A DNA stretch of 55,622 nt. It comes from Octopus bimaculoides (lineage: Eukaryota). The translations under genes and the position numbers were made by a program. Numbering within the stretch: position 1 is the stretch's first letter; each line of letters starts with the position of its first letter. Below, one piece after another: positions 1 through 13,092 of this stretch. The notes under the pieces were generated by a model. It saw only the letters and a list, made by a program, of their open reading frames with translations, was not told where the DNA came from and searched no databases. The DNA is taken from NCBI RefSeq assembly GCF_001194135.2, contig NC_068989.1, positions 77,782,747 through 77,838,368 on the forward strand, given 5' to 3'.

Positions 1-853
1 TATATACATATATAATATACATACACACATACTTATATATCTACATACAAATATACATATATACATACATACATTCTTACATATACATCTACGCATACAT
101 TGTACGCATTTGTTTTTCATATGGCTTATCACGCTACCATAACTGGAGATACAAATCATATCATTCATATCATTTCAGTTTGTAAAACACACACAGAAGA
201 TTATTAAGCTTTATTAAACATGGAACATTTCAAATAAGCCGGATATAATATCTGAATAGATATGAAACTAAACATTTAAAAAGTAGGTTCTTGCAAAAAA
301 AAAAAATATATATATATATATACCATATTCTACAATGACCGAAATATTATTAGATGTAGCAAAATATATACTGTGTAAATATAATCCTCCACTTATTATT
401 TCCTGTGTCTCCACAAAATGTCAACGCGATTGATCCAATATTCGTGATTTGCCAATTCATCTCTAAATAAGTTAAAAATCATTCGTTTTGTTACGTATCG
501 AATACTTATGTCAGAAACAACAAAGCGAAAATTCCTTTCGTTATTGGTTTCTAACAGTAAAATTCTTTTCGAAACAAATCATAGGTAATCTTTCAATGTG
601 AGCTATCTTTCTACTATACACATGCATACGCGCGCATACAAGCACACACACACACACACACACACATACACATACATACATATATGCACACACACACAAG
701 CCGACATGTAATTATATACGCTGAGATACATGCATAAAATGACAGGGTCAGTAATACCCTGTATATCCCTGTTTATGTATGATTACATACATAGTACGTA
801 ATGATATATATGTACAAACACACACTCACACATATATGTATGTATATATACAT

Positions 854-906
<53 letters not shown>

Positions 907-3350
907 NNNNNNNNNNNNNNNNNNNNNNNNNNNNNNNNNNNNNNNNNNNNNNNNNNNNNNNNNNNNNNNNNNNNNNNNNNNNNNNNNNNNNNNNNNNNNN
1001 NNNNNNNNNNNNNNNNNNNNNNNNNNNNNNNNNNNNNNNNNNNNNNNNNNNNNNNNNNNNNNNNNNNNNNNNNNNNNNNNNNNNNNNNNNNNNNNNNNNN
1101 NNNNNNNNNNNNNNNNNNNNNNNNNNNNNNNNNNNNNNNNNNNTATATATATGATTTGCCAATTGTATGGATGTTATGGGGAATATTAATAGACGTGTAG
1201 CTTTTTTCAGTAAAGAGTTTTATTAGAGTTTTGGCTGTATCGAATGTTTAGCAATTTAAACCAGTCAGAAGGACATGGGGGATTTATGGCCAGTTCCTGT
1301 GAAGGCCATGGTCTATTGCATATATATAAACAATATGTAAGGGTGGATGTATGTAGTCCCTTACATTGTACTTAGATCCGTGTGAGGATAAGAAGAGTAA
1401 AAGAAATTGTAGAATTCAATAATATAAGAGGAGAAGCAAAGGGGAATGGCTATGAATTTCTTTGTCTGAATTAAGTGTATATATATTGGGAGTGTGAAGT
1501 GCTAATCTTTTGACTTAACGCCGAGGTCAGTTAGGTATTTTTTAAATAAAAAGATTGTTAATTTTTACATATAAGTGTATATAACTACACGTTCTTCAGG
1601 TAGCATTCAGTATACCAATATATTCTTTTACTGTTAACATGAGGAATTGCATGACTATCTATTTAACTTATCTCTAAACACCGTAATATTTTCATATTTA
1701 GCCTTATGTTCCTGTGTACAGGTGGTAGTTATTCACTCAATATTCATGTATTTCACACGTTGTCATATTTTTCACTTCACACTCTGAGACTCAGTTCATA
1801 AACACATCAACTAATGGCCAACGCTGTAGTTTGTAAGCACTTGCAAAACAGCATGACAATGAAAACATTCCGTAAAACGAAGGCATAGACATAACTTAAA
1901 CAATCTAATCTCCGGCAATGACATAAGATAAATGCCATAAGCTACAATAAAGCTATAACAGCAATAAATCACAGTTACTTTTTTTTTTCTGTCACTATCG
2001 AAAAACCGGAGATTAAAACCAGCAAAATGTGAACAGTACTGTAATTAGTTAGAACCTTCAAGACATCATGAAAGCATTCCAGAAAGTCAAGGTGATAGCA
2101 TAACTTAAATACCCTAATCTCCAGAAATGACATAACGTACATATCGTAGGCTAAAGTAATGAAATAAGAATGTGATATCCTACAGGAATGACATAATACT
2201 AATGTCATAATTTTCGACAGTGACATTATAGAAATGTTTCAAACCACGACGCTCAGAGAACAACGATGTTATAAGCTACGTGCAATATCATAACAGCAAC
2301 GCAATAAGCTCCGACAATGAGATAAAATCCCTGACATAATATATGGTACTTGTAATCTAGTAATACCTTAATCTAAAACAATCACATAACAACAATCCCG
2401 TATTCCACTTATTGGGAATTAACCACGCACACTCTCCAAGCAATGCCAAACGGTGAAATATATATAATGAGCTACAAAACCTCCCACAGTTTAACTGTAC
2501 CCGCGAATATTATTCGGAATTTCATTATGTTATTTAGTCAGTAATTTTCTGTTTTACAGGTATACTGAAGCATTTTCTGGAATATTTCAGTTATGGCCAG
2601 CAATAGATCTATGATTAACGTAGAATTTGAGATCTCTAATTACAATGAGCAATGTATGCACACAGCAGAAACAATCTAAACCGAATGCAATTGTAGATCA
2701 AAGACTAAATTTTCTTGGATAGAAAATACCTGTCGAAAGAAATTGCGTGCCATACTGGTGTAGGATCGGTAAAATGGACAAAAACAGACTTATATTTATA
2801 TAAAACGAGACATTTATATATTTGGTCAATATGCCTATTTGTTTCGATCCATAAAAATGTATAAAGCAGTGCCACATTCAAAAAGTGGACTTTTAAAAAC
2901 AGGTAACGAAGAACGTCAAAGACAAAATGCAGTTCAGTCACAAAAGCATGAATATAACATCATCGGTTTGATTATGTGCAAGTGAAAAGCTAAACTTCTC
3001 AAGCTTTCCGAGCATATTTTATGTGTGGCAGAAGAAATATTTTCTTTGTACCACCACGAAAAGAAATAAAAACTAAGCATATAATCTATAACAGTGCACA
3101 GTGAACTATAGACTATCCATAGAGGTGAAGAAAAAAAAATTAAGGCAAAAAATTCCAACCTCAAATTTCCTTAAGAAAATTTTTGGTTGATACAACTTAC
3201 GAAAACCGATAACTTGAACGAAAGAGCTATTTTTATGTGCACGATACGACACAAGTCCTACTAGGAAATCCGACACAGAAAACGGGGCTAAAAATTTAAG
3301 CTAAACTTAGATTTTCACAATGAAGTCAAGAAGAGTTTTCTCTCTTTATG

Positions 3351-3397
<47 letters not shown>

Positions 3398-3409
3398 CAG
3401 TTGTGAGCT

Positions 3410-3885
3410 ACATTCTTCTACATATAATTCATCTGCTGTGCATTAACCAACAAATCTATTAACTCTGGTCGACATTTTGAGTTGGTGAAGAGAGGAAGTT
3501 AAGGTTGAGTGCTTCCTGGAGTAAACGACTAGGTTGTCTATACTTAGAGCACATATATCTTTGGGATATTTAGTCCATTACTTAATAATTCATCATATTC
3601 ATTGTCGACCAAACTATCAGATGTGACAATGGTAGTAACAATGTGCCTCCTCGCATTGTTGTAACTTTTGAATGATACCACCCTCTGGACTAGGCGGGTA
3701 GGTCAACTTTCCCTTTAAACGTTACTCCAGCCTACCAAAGTGTTATCCATTTACATCTGAGTTAACTGGAGCAGTGTCAATTAAGTGGTTTGCTAAAGAG
3801 TACGGTGCACCGCCGGTCTGGAGTCGAAACTATGATCTTGCGATCGTTAGAGAAAAATTCTAACTACTAGCTCATTTGCCTTCAC
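3410..3885 (-). mobile_element. tRNA-derived SINE (family C, octopus-type), diverged
   Basis: The reverse complement gives a tRNA-like head (GTGAAGGCAAATGAGCTAGTAGTTAG...GTTTCGACTCCAG) followed by CTCCAGTTAACTCAGATGTAAATGG, the same body as the 11243-11570 copy. The 3' end abuts a (TA)n tract. Confidence 0.7.
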
Positions 3886-3935
3886 AATACAATATAATAG
3901 GTTGGTCATTTGAATAAGTACAATATACTTCATAG

Positions 3936-4127
3936 AGACGAATGCGGAAATCATTCAAATTGGGTGTGCGTATGCGTGTGCATTTGCCGTTTTAATCGCT
4001 CAGCTGGTGTGAGTCCCATTCATGCAAACTTTCTTATCAAAAATTCGCTTGTTTTAAGCATATTCATGTCTGAATTACCCAACGGAATTTCAGGTACGTT
4101 TCAGTATTATGGTTTGCATACACGTCC
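3936..4127 (+). CDS. Candidate two-exon fragment of a multi-pass membrane protein (3936-4008 and 4094-4127)
   Basis: cttcatag|...CTGGT|gtgagt, then an 85-nt intron ending atttcag. The spliced frame reads ETNAEIIQIGCAYACAFAVLIAQLVYVSVLWFAYTS (hydrophobic). The second donor (gttagt) is weak. Confidence 0.2.
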
Positions 4128-5109
4128 GTTAGTTGATTTTTACTGCATTCAGTGTGGGCTGATCGCTTTCATTATGTCGTCTACAGTCTGCGACCATTAA
4201 TTCTAAATGTGATTCATTAAATCACACGTGAATCTCTTATTTCATCTATGTTCGAAAACAGTTATTTTCGTCTACTAACGAACTGAGGAAAAAAAGAAGC
4301 ATTACGACGTATATTAATTTAGTTACAATATTAAGCTTGCTTTCCATTTTCGCAACAATTTATAGACTTCGTTATAACCGGTGATTTTTAACAAATTTAA
4401 AGTAGATGATCAGAAGTGTCGGAAATTATGAATTGAGCGAATTATTGTAGATGCGCCCAGACGATATTTGCCTATTTATCTACACACACACACACACACA
4501 TACACACACACACACACACATGTACATATATATATATATATATATANNNNNNNNNNNNNNNNNNNNNNNNNNNNNNNNNNNNNNNNNNNNNNNNNNNNNN
4601 NNNNNNNNNNNNNNNNNNNNNNNNNNNNNNNNNNNNNNNNNNNNNNNNNNNNNNNNNNNNNNNNNNNNNNNNNNNNNNNNNNNNNNNNNNNNNNNNNNNN
4701 NNNNNNNNNNNNNNNNNNNNNNNNNNNNNNNNNNNNNNNNNNNNNNNNNNNNNNNNNNNNNNNNNNNNNNNNNNNNNNNNNNNNNNNNNNNNNNNNNNNN
4801 NNNNNNNNNNNNNNNNNNNNNNNNNNNNNNNNNNNNNNNNNNNNNNNNNNNNNNNNNNNNNNNNNNNNNNNNNNNNNNNNNNNNNNNNNNNNNNNNNNNN
4901 NNNNNNNNNNNNNNNNNNNNNNNNNNNNNNNNNNNNNNNNNNNNNNNNNNNNNNNNNNNNNNNNNNNNNNNNNNNNNNNNNNNNNNNNNNNNNNTATGTT
5001 AGTTTTTAATATTCTGAAGGGTCTTTCTTTCACTCCTATGACTTTTAAATTTTTCTTTTTCTTTTTTTTGTGTAGCCATAGTTTGTAAACACCACTCTTC
5101 AAAATGTGT

Positions 5110-6380
5110 GCACCATGTTTTCCCTAATCGCTTTTACATAATCTGTCATCTCTTTTATCCTATGATCAGACTGTATGTTGAAGTCCCAAAGTGAGTTCAT
5201 TCCATCTGGATCTAACAATTTATCATGGTTTGGCTCATAACACCTATCAGTTCCATTTAGCTTATGCTTCATACGCGATCATCAGCATACATCCCCAGCA
5301 ATATTCTCATGTTTTCTTTGTTTTTGCTCCTTATGTGGGGAGCTATTTTACTCATATTGTACTCACAATGTTGCTGACTGTTTTGCATTTTATTCTGCAT
5401 AGTATCCATAATGGTGGTTCTATAGTTTTGTCAATATTACACTTCATATAATTAGTTCTTAGGGCATAGTACTTGCGCTACAAATATCAGTCATCGCCTA
5501 AATGTTTGATCTCCCCGTTTGATCTACTCATAATTTTCAATGATACATGAGTGTCTACTTTACGTCATATATAAACTGGTAATGCATCAATTTATCCTTC
5601 CACATTTTTCTGTCTTTTGATCCACCGTTTTGTAATAATCATTTTTTCAATGCGGCTTGCAGTCAGTAAAATACCTCATTGTTTTATATCAATCAACCAG
5701 GATTTTATGCACTGTGCTTTATATGCCAACCTAGATGATTACCTCATTTATCACAGTCTTTCCGTAGTTGAAGCAAACGACTTTAACCTTTTATTCTGAG
5801 AATATGGTTTCTGCTAAATTCAGTTTGTGGATGTAGCGCTTTAAATCTCTTAATTTCTTTGCTTTATTTGAAAATTTACGCTCCCTAATCCACCGTCGAA
5901 AACCAAAAGAAAACAAAAACAGGTGTTTATGGTAATAATTTTTATTTCAAGTGTTTTTTAAAGCTAGTTGTTGCATTCTAAAGTATTATTATACAAATAC
6001 CCTTTCTGTTATTTTATTTTTCGTGATATTTTCTGTCTCCTATATACTTAAATGTTCGTACGTACTTTCTTCTGTTTTTCATGAACTACCTATCGAGTAA
6101 TATTCTCCCATTACGTGACACCACGTTTCCTATTCAAATGATTAGAACATTACACTACCTAAGTTTCGAAACTCGCACTTGTATCTTTCTTAAATATATT
6201 ATCAGTGTTTAGCAGTGCATAACTAGTCTCTTCTCTTCTGGACATGTTAAGGTCATCCATAAATAATAGATATCTTATTTTCAGCAGTTGTTTTATGAAT
6301 TCGTGTCTAATATCCGGTTCCCTAAAATCAAAATTGACGGCATCTCACACAAAAAGAAGGAAAGTAGTAAGAAACTGTTC
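5110..6380 (-). mobile_element. R4/Dong-clade non-LTR retrotransposon fragment (RT C-terminus to zinc knuckle/RLE start), decayed
   Basis: The frameshifted minus-strand translation gives LLFMDDL (RT catalytic motif, 6263-6252), YEHLSI (YKYLG-like), MWKDKLMHYQF, ALRTNYMKCNIDK..LCRIKCKTVSNIVS (CCHC region) and LWDFNIQSDH. Confidence 0.85.
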
Positions 6381-6650
6381 CATTTGTAGATTGCTGTCGA
6401 GTTATGAGATTTCCAGTTGCCTTAAGAAGCTTTGAAGTTCCAACGGGATTGAGCCCAATGCTCGAATTACCACTGGTATCACTTCTACATTACCTTCTCA
6501 CATCCCATAGACACTTGCCATTTCCACTTTCAGTACGGAATACTTGGTGATTTTTTTCAGCCTCTTTACTCACAGCATTCATGTTATTTGGTATGGCTAC
6601 ATCAATGATCTGTCAGTATTTGTCTCTCTTATTCAATATGACATTACTAA
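6381..6650 (-). mobile_element. R4/Dong-type RLE domain fragment (separate 5'-truncated copy)
   Basis: Translation reads NVILNKRDKY*QIIDVAIPNNMNAVSKEAEK..KYSVLKVEMA...VIPVVIRALGSIP, which fits the PD-(D/E)xK restriction-like endonuclease C-terminus. Confidence 0.8.
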
Positions 6651-6815
<165 letters not shown>

Positions 6816-7397
6816 TTGTCGTTATTCTGTTTACTAATTTGATAATTGCATCGAATTGCAGATTCAATATGCCAGAAAAATTCCTTGTGGTCATTACAAT
6901 CGCCGCTGATATTAAGTTAAATCAATGACAACTTCACCTTTTAAACATTCAGAGTGTATACAATAAGTATCAGTCAATTACTGTGTCAACTGAAATTTAT
7001 TTACATATAGTGGAAAAGTTCTTGTCTCAAGCCAAAGTTAGAAATAATCTATAATACTGTTTTGTTTTTTCTAACATACCTTCGAAATGTAACGCTTGAA
7101 CGGTAGACATGATCGATTGATGTTTTATTAGAACACAGAGGGCATCATCAATTGATATTTCAAAATTGTACACAGAAACGGCTAACATCAACTGATAACC
7201 AAACGTCTGCTTATTCAAATTAACGTACCATTGCTTTACGTTTCGATCTGTCGAAGTCATTGTGAATTTGTGACTTCCATAACGTCAGGAAGAGTCAGGT
7301 TATGAACTCAAATCTTCGGAACATTTTACTACGGCAAATTATAGGAATATTTTACTGAATTTTGCAAGGTGATATGATATATTAAAAAGTTGTGATG

Positions 7398-7525
7398 AGA
7401 TATCCGGATAATTCAGTTATCCAGTATTTTGGAGCCAGATGGACCCAACAATTTGGATCCAGATATCCGGAAAATTCAATTATCCAACACCTTGGACCCA
7501 GTGGTGTCGGATAGGAGTAGGATTT
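7398..7525. mobile_element. pogo/Tigger-type MITE remnant with 63-bp internal repeat
   Basis: AGATATCCGGATAATTCAGTTATCCA (7398) and AGATATCCGGAAAATTCAATTATCCA (7461), plus an ATCCAACACC...GGTGTCGGAT inverted pair, typical of pogo-MITE subterminal repeats. Confidence 0.5.
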
Positions 7526-7699
7526 AGTGTGTGTGTGTGTAGCATATAGGGGCAACTGAGGAATCTGAATTGCCACACGTCATTGTTTGGTGGAAACACT
7601 GTATGGGAGAGAGAAGCTCTTCTGTGGTGCAGATGTTTCAAAGCCGAATTGCTGTATGTTCATTGCTAACAGCTGAGATACTGAAATGAATATAAAAGA

Positions 7700-8330
7700 G
7701 GCACGCTGGTAAAATGTAAAATCGTTAAAAGGGAAATGTAAAGAGGAACTATATTACATGAAATTATTTCCGGATGAGTTTCACGTTGAATGCTTGAGAA
7801 TATGTGCGAGAAATCTATCACTTGCTGTAGAACAAATATTCATATAAATATATATTAGCTGGAATGATTTGTGTATGAAATAATTGTCTATACGTGATTT
7901 TCTCAGATCTAGCTAACGTTTGTGGAATAGAGAATGACTCTGATATTACAAGATATGAAACTGTTCATGCACAATATATAACTAACGGAAAAACCATTCC
8001 GGAATTAAGAGATGCGAGATGTTATAAATTCAAAACAAAAAGACACTACAAAGAAGTTGGTGAGATGGAAATTTAGTAGTTTATTCCGATCACAAATACG
8101 GGCACGTCAAATGCTTTAAAACGGTTTAGAATCTATTCAAGTTGGGAAGTAGATTCATTGGAACAAAACGGCTCTAACATGGAGTACTCTGAACATTGAC
8201 TACAGCTATTTTCGCCATTGATTCTTATAGTTAAGTCGTGAGATGGATGTCCAAAAGCAACCGCGGACGAAGTGATGGTGTAAACGCAGCGATGGATTAA
8301 ACTTGTCACCATTGTAAACATTTACATAGC
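7700..8330 (+). mobile_element. Highly decayed DNA-transposase-like relic (Academ-type, tentative)
   Basis: Broken frames read ELRDARCYKFKTK, NLVVYSDHKYGHVK (resembling LPPTxDALxxHVKRA) and K*WCKRSDGLNLSPL (resembling a CXC tail). The similarity is weak and judged by eye. Confidence 0.25.
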
Positions 8331-10964
8331 TTTGGTCAACATAAACGTCTGATAGGCATTTCGGTTAAAACCCGTGAATAATAAGTAATCACTTGATCAA
8401 ACTCTCCCTTGATGTCATGAAAACCAGGTCGATTTAGTAACAAAGGTACCATTTTAAAAACATTTATGTTGACATAACACGAGTATATAGTAGTTTCGGA
8501 GAATAATCGGGGCCCTGAGGCTATCGCTGGAATTTATCGCTTTAAAAATAATGGAATCAGTATGTACATGTTGTTGTGATTGAATCAAATATTAAAACAA
8601 GTGCAAAGATAATTTTTATTCAACGCATAGATACTGAACAGTATATATATAAAGGATAATATTCTTTCTTTTCTTTTTAAAGCAGAAAAAATTGTCGGCA
8701 GCCTTCCATGACATTTTTCGTTTCTTGGTTCAATTTCCACCGATCACTTTTTTAAGTTCGCAAATAATGTCGCTATCGTTCTCCTGTAGTCTTGCCTTTA
8801 TTTTGTCATAGATTGCCTTTTTGCTCATCTGTCATGTCACCATTAGTTTTATTGTTTTCTTTTAGGTCATCTATATGTCTCTCATCAAGTAAACTACCAC
8901 TGCTTCTTTCCTGTGCTATGAGATTGCTTCTAATAGTAAGAACTGCAGATAACTTTCAGATAAGAGTTTGAGATGTCAAGTGAATACTCACACATACCTC
9001 ACATCACACCCAAATAGGTCTCAATATTGTGACATAGGTAATTTTGATGCATTGACAAACAAATCCAGATTCTGCTGTAAAATATTTGACGAAAAAAATG
9101 TAATAGGATGTAACAGATACAATGTTAATTTAGGAATGTTAGTAAAGGGCACATGATACATTCAATAACTATGAAGAGTAATTAATTAGATATTTATGAT
9201 ATTGCAGTAAAAAGAAAAATTCTCCGCTACCGTGACTTCTGAAATGGGTGTCTGATAAATAAGACTAATTTATGCTGAAATCCGAATATAATTAATTTTA
9301 TAACATTTGTAGCTCAGGTAGTGAATAGTTAATCGTGATATTAGAATACAGAGTGTTGGATGAGATTTATAGAGTACAACAGTAATCTATGACTTAATGA
9401 TTTCTAGTTGAAGCAAGGGAATTGAGATGAAATAGAAATAAGAACAGATATACAGTCGTCAATAATCGATATCTCCTACTTGCAGTTTTTCATCTCGACT
9501 AAATGTGAATTTAATAACTTTATTAAGCGGAATAGAAGTTGTCTTTAATAAGAAGTTATTAATGTATAATTGAATCTGTGCACAATAAGAATACACTGTG
9601 ATGTATGGAAATATAGCATTGAGAAAATTTCCTTTAAAATTCTCCTTTCTGTAAATATCAGCTAATAGTTCAGGATCACAGAAGTAGACAATCAATTATG
9701 TAACTCCAGTTTAAAAGTTTGATAAGATCATTCTTATTTAAAATTTTGACGCATTTATACCTAAATGCATAGTGACTGGAAACCGATTGTCTGAAGTTGC
9801 GTTAAAGTCATAATGTCAAAGGTAGAATTGTTCTAAAGAAAGCATTAGATATTTTAACAATATCAGTTTGGAAATTCCTTGTAAATGTCGAAGAGAAAAT
9901 CGCTTCTTTTGACGTGATCAAAACCCTAAAGGGCAATTAGTGTTATGGAAGGATTATAGTTGAAAATTCATATGTGATATAAATAATATACTTTTATAGT
10001 TTAGATGTTGGACATGGACAAAGAGAGAAAGAATTCAGCAAGCATCTGACTAGTGAGAACTGTAGGGTAGCATTAAGCGCAATCTAAGATGGGGCTTTGA
10101 TGCAGGTTCCGAATGTGATTGATGATATTTCACGACATTTACGCTACTAAAGCCATTGGAATTGCAAGTATTACGCAATGTTCAATTTTACCTTTACTAA
10201 AGAGAACATCTATGTCGTTGCTCAACTAACCGGCTAGAAGTAGCGGTAGCATATTTTTCAACTCACACTTACTGCTTTACAAAATATATCCCAAACTGAC
10301 TTGGGTTATATAATATTTGATAGATATTGCCTGAAATAACATAAAAAAGAACTAAATGGCCTTAACTGGAATACATTTAATCATGGATTTATTCATTCAA
10401 ATTTCAAATAACAACGTCATATTGTACATTTTGAACGGATATATGAAGGAACATAGAGTCGCATGACACGTTAAAATAGTAGACAAATCTCCCAAAATAT
10501 TCCGCCTATCGTCTTATGAATTATAATAAAAAATATATAAGATAATTTAGTATTGTAAACATGATACCTAAAAAACAGATGAGGTGGTACAGACTGGAAG
10601 GCTTGCAAACTCAGGGTTGACTGAGTGTAAACCAACAGCTTATGAAAATTTGTGTAGATAGACTCTATGCTTGCATATTTAATGATCGCAGGTTATTTCA
10701 AACGTAGATCAAAAGCTCCTTATTTTATTTTGTTACATAGCTCCCGTTATGAGCTCAAATGCAGCTAGATCAGTAGATCAGGTTTTGCCTTTAACTAATC
10801 CGGGGTTGATAAAACAAAGTATTGGAATTGGTATAAATACATTATCCGCTCGTCTCCAGATCTTTATATTTGATAACATATGAGAAATCAGTCTTATTTG
10901 AATTCTAATATGTGCCAATTGACGGTTTCTATGCATCTCTGCTAAGCTAGCTGAGTCGTTAAGA

Positions 10965-11660
10965 AAACCATTTTGTAGGCACCTACAATTGATTTTAGTC
11001 CCACTGCACAGCGACATGGGTATATGTCTTCTTTAGCATGGATCTACCAAAATATGATGACTGAATTTCGTTGAAGAAATTTGCATCTAAACCATTGGTG
11101 TGTATGCACGTGTTTGTATGTGTGGTGTGGTATCTTTGCGTTTGTTGTCTCCTTGATAAGTGGTGTTGGTTTGGTTTGTTTACTGCGTTGTAATTTAGCC
11201 ATTTAGTAAAAGGAATAAGCCGATAGGGTACAGAACCTAACTGAAGGCACGTGGATTAGCAGTTAGGGTATTCAGCTTACGATCGTACGGTTGTGAGTTC
11301 AATACCCTGCCTTGCGTTGTGTTCTTAAGCAAGATACTTCATTTCACGTTGATCCAGTCCACTCAGCAAGCAAAAACTTAGTTGTACCTGTATTTCAAAA
11401 ACCGATCCTTGTTACATTGTGTTACGCTCAATCTACCTGAGAACTATGTTAAAGGTACAAGTGTTTCTGGAGTGCTCAGCCACTTGCACGTTAATTTCAC
11501 GTGCAGGTTGTTCTGTTGATCAGAGCAACTGGAGCCCGCGCCGTTGTAACCGACGGAGTGCCAAGATAACAGATCGTGACTGAAAAATCAGGCACTTACT
11601 CCGTTCTAAACCTTTCATGGCGGTGCCTAACATGACTCAGTGACTGAAACATTTAATAGA
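10965..11660 (+). mobile_element. Old tRNA-derived SINE (family B) interrupted by a younger SINE
   Basis: AGTCCCACTGCAC...GTCTTCT head, (GT)n middle and GTTTACTGCGTTGTAATTTAG. After the insert it resumes with GGCGGTGCCTAACATGAC...TGACTGAAAC. Homologous to 40425-40640 and 42670-43030. Confidence 0.65.
11243..11570 (+). mobile_element. Full-length tRNA-derived SINE (family C)
   Basis: A-box GTGGATTAGCAGTTAGG and B-box GTGAGTTCAATACC, then GAGCAAGATACTTCATTTCACGTTGATCCAGTCCACTCAGC, ending GTAACCGACGGAGTGCCA. Confidence 0.85.
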
Positions 11661-12034
11661 CTATACATGGTTGATGTATTTCAGAATGTATGAATTAGAT
11701 GATGTTTTCGTCTGTTTAACCCAGATGAAAATCAAAATTATGAAAATGCGTTTACCAAGTAATTTTCACGAATAACGGTAACATTAGGGATATGATATGC
11801 TGTTAGTGTGAATTTTGAGTTAGGAAACTTAATTGTATAATTTTTTAATAAATAAATGGGTACAGTAAAACATTTCTTATTAGTGGTGAAAGTGCAACCG
11901 AAGACTTAAGAATTTGGATCTACAATTATAAGGTACCGAATTAGATCTCATAGCTTTGAGTCTTGAGAAAGTCCATGTAGATTCTGTTGAAGGCTTACCA
12001 GTGGAACCGGTTGTCGAAAATTGATTGGAAAACC

Positions 12035-12110
12035 GTAATTAATGAGACAGCCTTCTCACACACTGTGTCACGCTGATTCTGTCTGAGAATTATGCGTCTG
12101 TTGATTCCTT
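12035..12110 (+). mobile_element. Family C SINE internal fragment
   Basis: CAGCCTTCTCACACACTGTGTCACGCTGATTCTGTCTGAGAATTATG matches the 11405-11450 segment. Confidence 0.5.
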
Positions 12111-13092
12111 AGTCATCTACCCGATAATTCACTGTGTCGGAAATTTGCTTGATTGTACAACTGAATACGCATAAAAAAAAAGTAAAAAAACTCGACAGAG
12201 ATTCCTTTAGCTTAATTTTGTATATATTAAATTTTGTCTGTATTTCTTATTCAGCTCATTCCCTTTACGTAATAAGCAAAATAAGAAAACAATACGGAAA
12301 TTAGTTTTTTTTCTTAATTACGGAAACGGACGGAAACAATCTAGCTGATAGTACGACAATTTTCAAGAATGCCTTTAGCTCAGGTAATCCGTAATTCTGG
12401 ATACCATTGTTTCAGAAGTTTATTGTACTGAATAAACTATATCAATTGTCAGAGTTCCTGATAATGGTTCATTTCTGTAGTTTTGTCATGTTATTTTACT
12501 TCAATTCACTTATGGCAATCCTTGATAAAGATCTAAGTGACCTTCTCTTTTATATCAATAATCAATATTTACAGATGTCCTTCAGCGAATCAATTATCTC
12601 TGTCGCTGACAATAAAAATAAATGCAGTTAATATATTTTTGATACAAGCTATTTATGATATAAAGATGAAAACGTCAGTGTATATTAACGAGTTAATTTA
12701 TTTATGGATATAAATTTCTTTCATAATTTCATAAACGACTAGCAGAGATACCCGGCGTTGCTCGGGATTGAAATGACATAGTTTGTATATGTATATATAT
12801 ATGTATGCATATATATATATATATATATATATACATACATATATATATACATATACAAAATATGCCATTTCAATCCCGAGCAAAACTCGTTAATATATAT
12901 ATATATATATACTACAGTTATGTTGAAACATGTAATACGGAAAAATGCAGCATCGACGACAAAATATTTGTGGAGTAAATGATTGATGGGATAATTCGAC
13001 TAAACGGCATGTCATGCGTCTGTTCGGAGTATTCCAGCCCCTAACATGTTCGGAAAATATGATGGTAGGGGCTATGTAATTTTTGAACGCAC

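Noticed and set aside
2560-2660. Strong acceptor followed by MASNRS..., resembling MAQNRS at 26323
   Set aside because: There is no nucleotide homology beyond a few codons and no good donor, so it is likely coincidence.
8968-9156. ORF with FDALTNKSRFCCK as a possible tetraspanin EC2 exon
   Set aside because: No CCG, weak splice sites and no supporting Cys spacing.
11243-11320. tRNA-like A/B boxes (also at 28395-28480, 32160-32236 and 16665)
   Set aside because: They continue into SINE bodies or lack a complete cloverleaf, so they are SINE heads and not tRNA genes.
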